Assembly (NCBI GenBank): GCA_963736115.1 | Contig: CAVTNR010000001.1 | Coordinates: 1-64,000 of the forward strand | Reading direction: 5' to 3' | From: an uncultured bacterium | GTDB taxonomy: Bacteria > Zhuqueibacterota > QNDG01 > DTFT01 | Length of the DNA: 64,000 bases | Shown here: in pieces, positions 63,788 through 64,000 of the stretch | How the letters are laid out: each line of letters begins with the position of its first letter | Numbering within the stretch: the stretch's first letter is position 1 | Translations under genes and position numbers: made by a program | Notes under the pieces: generated by a model | The model's database searches: none | Told to the model about the DNA's origin: nothing | The model's input: only the letters and a program-made list of their open reading frames with translations

Positions 63788-64000
63788 ATGAGAGGATTTT
63801 TAAGGAAGCAGACGCGGAATGAACCCGGAGGGGAGGCCATGACCGGTTCCGGAACGAAGCCGGATGGCGTCCGGGCCGAACACCGGACTTTTCTCGAGCG
63901 GTTTTCGGATCTCTCGAAAAAGGTCATACGGCCCGTCATGGAACATGTCATGGAGCTGATCCGGAAGGCGGGCTTCGACTCCGGGATCTCCGAGCGAAAG
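63788..64000 (+). CDS. Hypothetical protein, 3'-truncated by window edge
   Basis: GGGAGGG RBS, ATG at 63788, frame open to the end of the window. Confidence 0.45.
   Translation, partial: MRGFLRKQTRNEPGGEAMTGSGTKPDGVRAEHRTFLERFSDLSKKVIRPVMEHVMELIRKAGFDSGISERK

Noticed and set aside
1-64000. Integron cassette array
   Set aside because: No intI and no RYYYAAC..GTTRRRY attC pattern seen; many genes have their own promoters.

Overview
GC-rich bacterial contig. The 'NYPNPFNP...' C-terminal sorting domains and a TonB receptor suggest an FCB-group organism such as KSB1 (inference). About 45 genes are recognisable and all lie on the + strand. Many genes, mostly in the first ~33 kb, are broken by single-base indels that look like long-read/consensus errors. 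1-10.2 kb is a defence-like operon: AbiEii-type nucleotidyltransferase, a large DEAD/DEAH-DUF1998-Vsr-like helicase-nuclease, a DrmD-like SNF2 helicase and an AT-rich DUF262/DUF1524 (GmrSD-like) nuclease. Next come a membrane LytTR regulator plus TonB receptor, then an ORF6N gene and a RhuM-Fic gene, each behind a copy of the same ~113-bp promoter/leader. The most unusual signal is that both genes carry a DNA palindrome inside their coding sequence, and near-identical copies of these palindromes recur outside the genes (13837 and 33036). The rest is a mosaic of unrelated genes: a complete sigma54 enhancer/IHF/promoter module, an ArsR gene plus Met-rich protein, peptidases, cell-wall enzymes, PIN and TM0106 nucleases, and five T9SS-type cargo genes. 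These are separated by at least five families of REP-like palindromes, a MITE-like element and orphan 5' gene stubs. No rRNA, tRNA, CRISPR array, integrase or transposase was seen.
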